Below, piece by piece: positions 61,791 to 64,000 of a stretch of DNA of 64,000 nt. A model generated the notes under the pieces. It was not told the origin of the DNA. It did no database searches and worked only from the letters and a program-made list of their open reading frames with translations. The DNA comes from an uncultured Verrucomicrobiae bacterium (GTDB taxonomy: Bacteria > Verrucomicrobiota > Verrucomicrobiia > Chthoniobacterales > UBA10450). The stretch lies in NCBI GenBank assembly GCA_963756875.1, contig CAVWPA010000001.1, positions 256,001-320,000 of the forward strand, given 5' to 3'. Made by a program: the position numbers and the translations under genes. How positions within the stretch are numbered: position 1 is the stretch's first letter; every line of letters starts with the position of its first letter.

Positions 61791-62327
61791 TCATTGGCCT
61801 GGGGCGCGGACGAGAGAGATTTCCTCGGCTGGATAAGAGACGCGAAGCGATGCGCCGGTTGCGGGATTGCGCCACTGCACGGTCTCCTGTTTTTGCGATC
61901 GGAACCGGCGCATCGGGCGATCCGAGCCCACTGGGAAACGCAGCCCTTCGTCGCGCGTATTATAAACAACTTCGGTAAGGGTGGTCGGAACAAACTCGCC
62001 GGAGGATGCGACCGGCAATCTGGTAGCGAGCGCTGGTGAAATCGTGGCGATGCTGGGAGCTTTTTTTGGAGAGCGATCGATATCGACACGCGCGTAGATC
62101 AGGAGAGCTGCAGCGGCCGCAGCGGCTGCGAGGCCGAGCGGTATTTTGTAGGGCGTTTCTGTGAAACGCCGCACCCACGCCCATCTGCGGCCGGCGTCCG
62201 CCGCGGCGGACGCCCTGCAATTTGCCAGCTCGGTGAGCGTGCGGTCGATTCTCGCCACCAAATCCTCAGACGGAGTGACGGGCCGCAGATTTCGCAACCG
62301 GTTTTCGAGGTCAGAAAAGTCGTTCAT
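61791..62327 (-). CDS. Putative membrane anti-sigma factor (contains an in-frame REP)
   Basis: LENRLRNLRP..PS N-terminus; one TM; overlaps the sigma gene. Confidence 0.6.
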   Translation of the reverse strand: MNDFSDLENRLRNLRPVTPSEDLVARIDRTLTELANCRASAAADAGRRWAWVRRFTETPYKIPLGLAAAAAAAALLIYARVDIDRSPKKAPSIATISPALATRLPVASSGEFVPTTLTEVVYNTRDEGLRFPVGSDRPMRRFRSQKQETVQWRNPATGASLRVSYPAEEISLVRAPGQ

Positions 62328-62815
62328 TGTGGAGGGGGTCTCTTCTCAAGGCGGCAAGCGCATAGCGATAGCGCGACGCGGCGGTGTTTTGCGAAATGCC
62401 AAGCGCGCTTCCGATTTCGGCGAAAGTGAGATCGTTCCAAATTTTCATGACCAGCACTTCGCGTTGTTCGTGAGGCAGACCATCCACCGCCGCTGCCAAA
62501 GCTTGTTGCGATTCATCTTCGATTGCAAATTTCGGTTGGACCGACGATTCGGTTTCGGCAACGGCATTGGATTCGCGGCGCGCGCGGCGGCTTTCGCGAC
62601 GCAAAAAGTCGAGCGCGATGGAGCGAACGGCTGCGTAGAGGAGGCGCACGATTGTCCAGGTTGTGATTACGCTTCCAGAAGCGAACGAACGCTTCCTGGA
62701 CGACATCTTCCGCATCGGCCTTGGAAGGCATCCATTGGCGGGCAAAGAGGAGCAGACCAGGAGCGAGTTGGGAAAAACGGACCTTCCAATCTTCATCAAT
62801 GGCGACATTCTCCAT
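62311..62815 (-). CDS. ECF (sigma-70 family) RNA polymerase sigma factor; frameshift near 62645
   Basis: AEDVVQEAFVRFW; LPHEQREVLVMK, TFAEIG..LGIS.NT..SR. Confidence 0.9.
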
Positions 62816-63080
62816 GACCTGTTCACGGTCTTTTATAATCAAGACGCCGCCAACTGATGATTTTGTCTAGAGAAGCCCGAAGTTTTTTGCGCGGGAACGT
62901 GGGTGTGGTTCGTGCCCGACGCTGGGATACGAAAGCTCCGGGGAGCGCACGCGCCCTCCCCGGATTTTGAGGAAGAGGTCGCGGGCTTTTAGCCTCCGAC
63001 TGCATCGCGCTGGCGCCTACTGCCCTTAAAACTTCGGATTTTTCTTGCCGCACGGGAGGTCGAGTGACAAAACGGCCTCT

Positions 63081-63470
63081 ATGAACTGGTTAGCTATTTT
63101 TTGCGCAGCACTCGCTTACTGGGTCCTCGGTTTTATCTGGTATTCGGTTTTCGGGAAGATCTGGAAAAGCGGTCTTGAACAGCGTGGCCTTAGATTGGAA
63201 CGAGGCGGTATGGCCCCGAAGATGGTCGGCAGTTTTATCGCCAACTTTGTGGCGGCCGTGATCATGGCCCACCTGGTACAGCGAATTGGAACAGCGGAGA
63301 TCGTCCATGGTTTGCGGCTCGGCGCAGGCATGGGCGTCGGTTTTTCCGCCACCGCGCTGACGATCCAGTATATCTGGGAATCGAGACCGTTTAGCGTCTG
63401 GCTGATCGACGCGGGCCATCATTTTTTTGGCTGCATCCTGCTTGGCGTGATTCTTTCGGTCTGGCATTAG
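63081..63470 (+). CDS. DUF1761 family membrane protein
   Basis: MNWLAI...GFIWY...FGKIW; ID(A)G motif. Confidence 0.85.
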   Translation: MNWLAIFCAALAYWVLGFIWYSVFGKIWKSGLEQRGLRLERGGMAPKMVGSFIANFVAAVIMAHLVQRIGTAEIVHGLRLGAGMGVGFSATALTIQYIWESRPFSVWLIDAGHHFFGCILLGVILSVWH

Positions 63471-63478
63471 ACCGCGTT

Positions 63479-63588
63479 TGTCATTCCGAACGACAGATGG
63501 GAATTTCGCGCAGGTCGGCGCGATTCTACGCTAGATTGCGTGATCCAATCTTCGGGTGAGAGGTCCCTCGTTTCACTCGGGATGACAG
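63479..63588. repeat. GTCATTCCG...CGGGATGAC palindromic element
   Basis: TGTCATTCCGA...TCGGGATGACA inverted termini between convergent genes. Confidence 0.7.
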
Positions 63589-63630
63589 CGTGAGCATGCC
63601 GCCATCTTGGCGGAAACGTTCCCAGGCGTT

Positions 63631-64000
63631 CTATTTCGGCTTGAGAGATGGAAGCGCCCGGAGGATCAGATTGCCTAACCAGTACGGGTTTACCACGCCC
63701 TGGCGATACGCTTCCAGCGCTTCGACGGAAGAATTCACGTGCAGGTTGCTGTAGGAACCGTCGGCGTTCTCCCAGCGCTCGTGCCAGTAAACTGCCGCTT
63801 TGATCCGGGGATAACGCGTGCGGAAAAGCTCGAAACCCTGCCTGATCCATTGGGCCTTGTTACCCGAGTTCGGAAACTCGCCCACGCCCCATTCCGCGAT
63901 CATGATCGGCTTGTGCGGATCAAGCCGGGACATCTCCTGGTACGGCCAATCAATCAGCGCCGGAATGTTCGCCCACGGTTCGTCATCGAATTGCTTGCCG
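63631..64000 (-). CDS. GH26-like glycoside hydrolase, C-terminal part
   Basis: KPIMIAEWG nucleophile motif; KAQWI...YPRIKAAVYW. Confidence 0.8.
   Translation of the reverse strand, partial: GKQFDDEPWANIPALIDWPYQEMSRLDPHKPIMIAEWGVGEFPNSGNKAQWIRQGFELFRTRYPRIKAAVYWHERWENADGSYSNLHVNSSVEALEAYRQGVVNPYWLGNLILRALPSLKPK

Noticed and set aside
490..62815. Frameshifts as pseudogenisation or programmed frameshifting (guaA, rfbD, MFS, giant amylases, argD, argJ, sigma factor)
   Set aside because: Single-base indels are scattered through housekeeping and accessory genes alike, with no in-frame nonsense codons or slippery motifs seen; sequencing error is the simplest explanation.

Overview
A GC-rich bacterial window, most likely from a soil Verrucomicrobiota (Chthoniobacterales/Spartobacteria-like); this is inferred from the TIGR02597-like and PEP-CTERM genes and the secreted-protein tails. 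Many single-base frameshifts break even housekeeping genes (guaA, argJ, argD, rfbD), which points to long-read indel errors rather than decay. Housekeeping content: aat, guaA, rfbB/rfbD, an argC-J-B-D-F operon, amtB, floA, two tRNA-Leu, a Ser/Thr kinase with an FHA-adenylate cyclase, and an ECF sigma/anti-sigma/PDZ set. The centre (about 23.4-44.9 kb) is an alpha-glucan (starch/glycogen) utilisation locus with no SusC/SusD or ABC transporter. It holds an MFS sugar transporter, two ordinary GH13 enzymes, a ~1290 aa secreted GH13 and a ~2950 aa secreted GH13+GH57 fusion, and is bracketed by two homologues of an unassigned domain, one of them PEP-CTERM-anchored. The most unexpected signals are: (1) a stack of displaced rfbB 3' ends, each followed by a different palindromic element, with a 3.9-kb CSLREA/beta-helix gene inserted into one of them; (2) many REP-like palindromes and periodic repeats that enter genes in frame and are bridged in operons by apparent translation-coupling mini-ORFs; (3) a shared C-terminal 'FY' domain on three unrelated secreted proteins.
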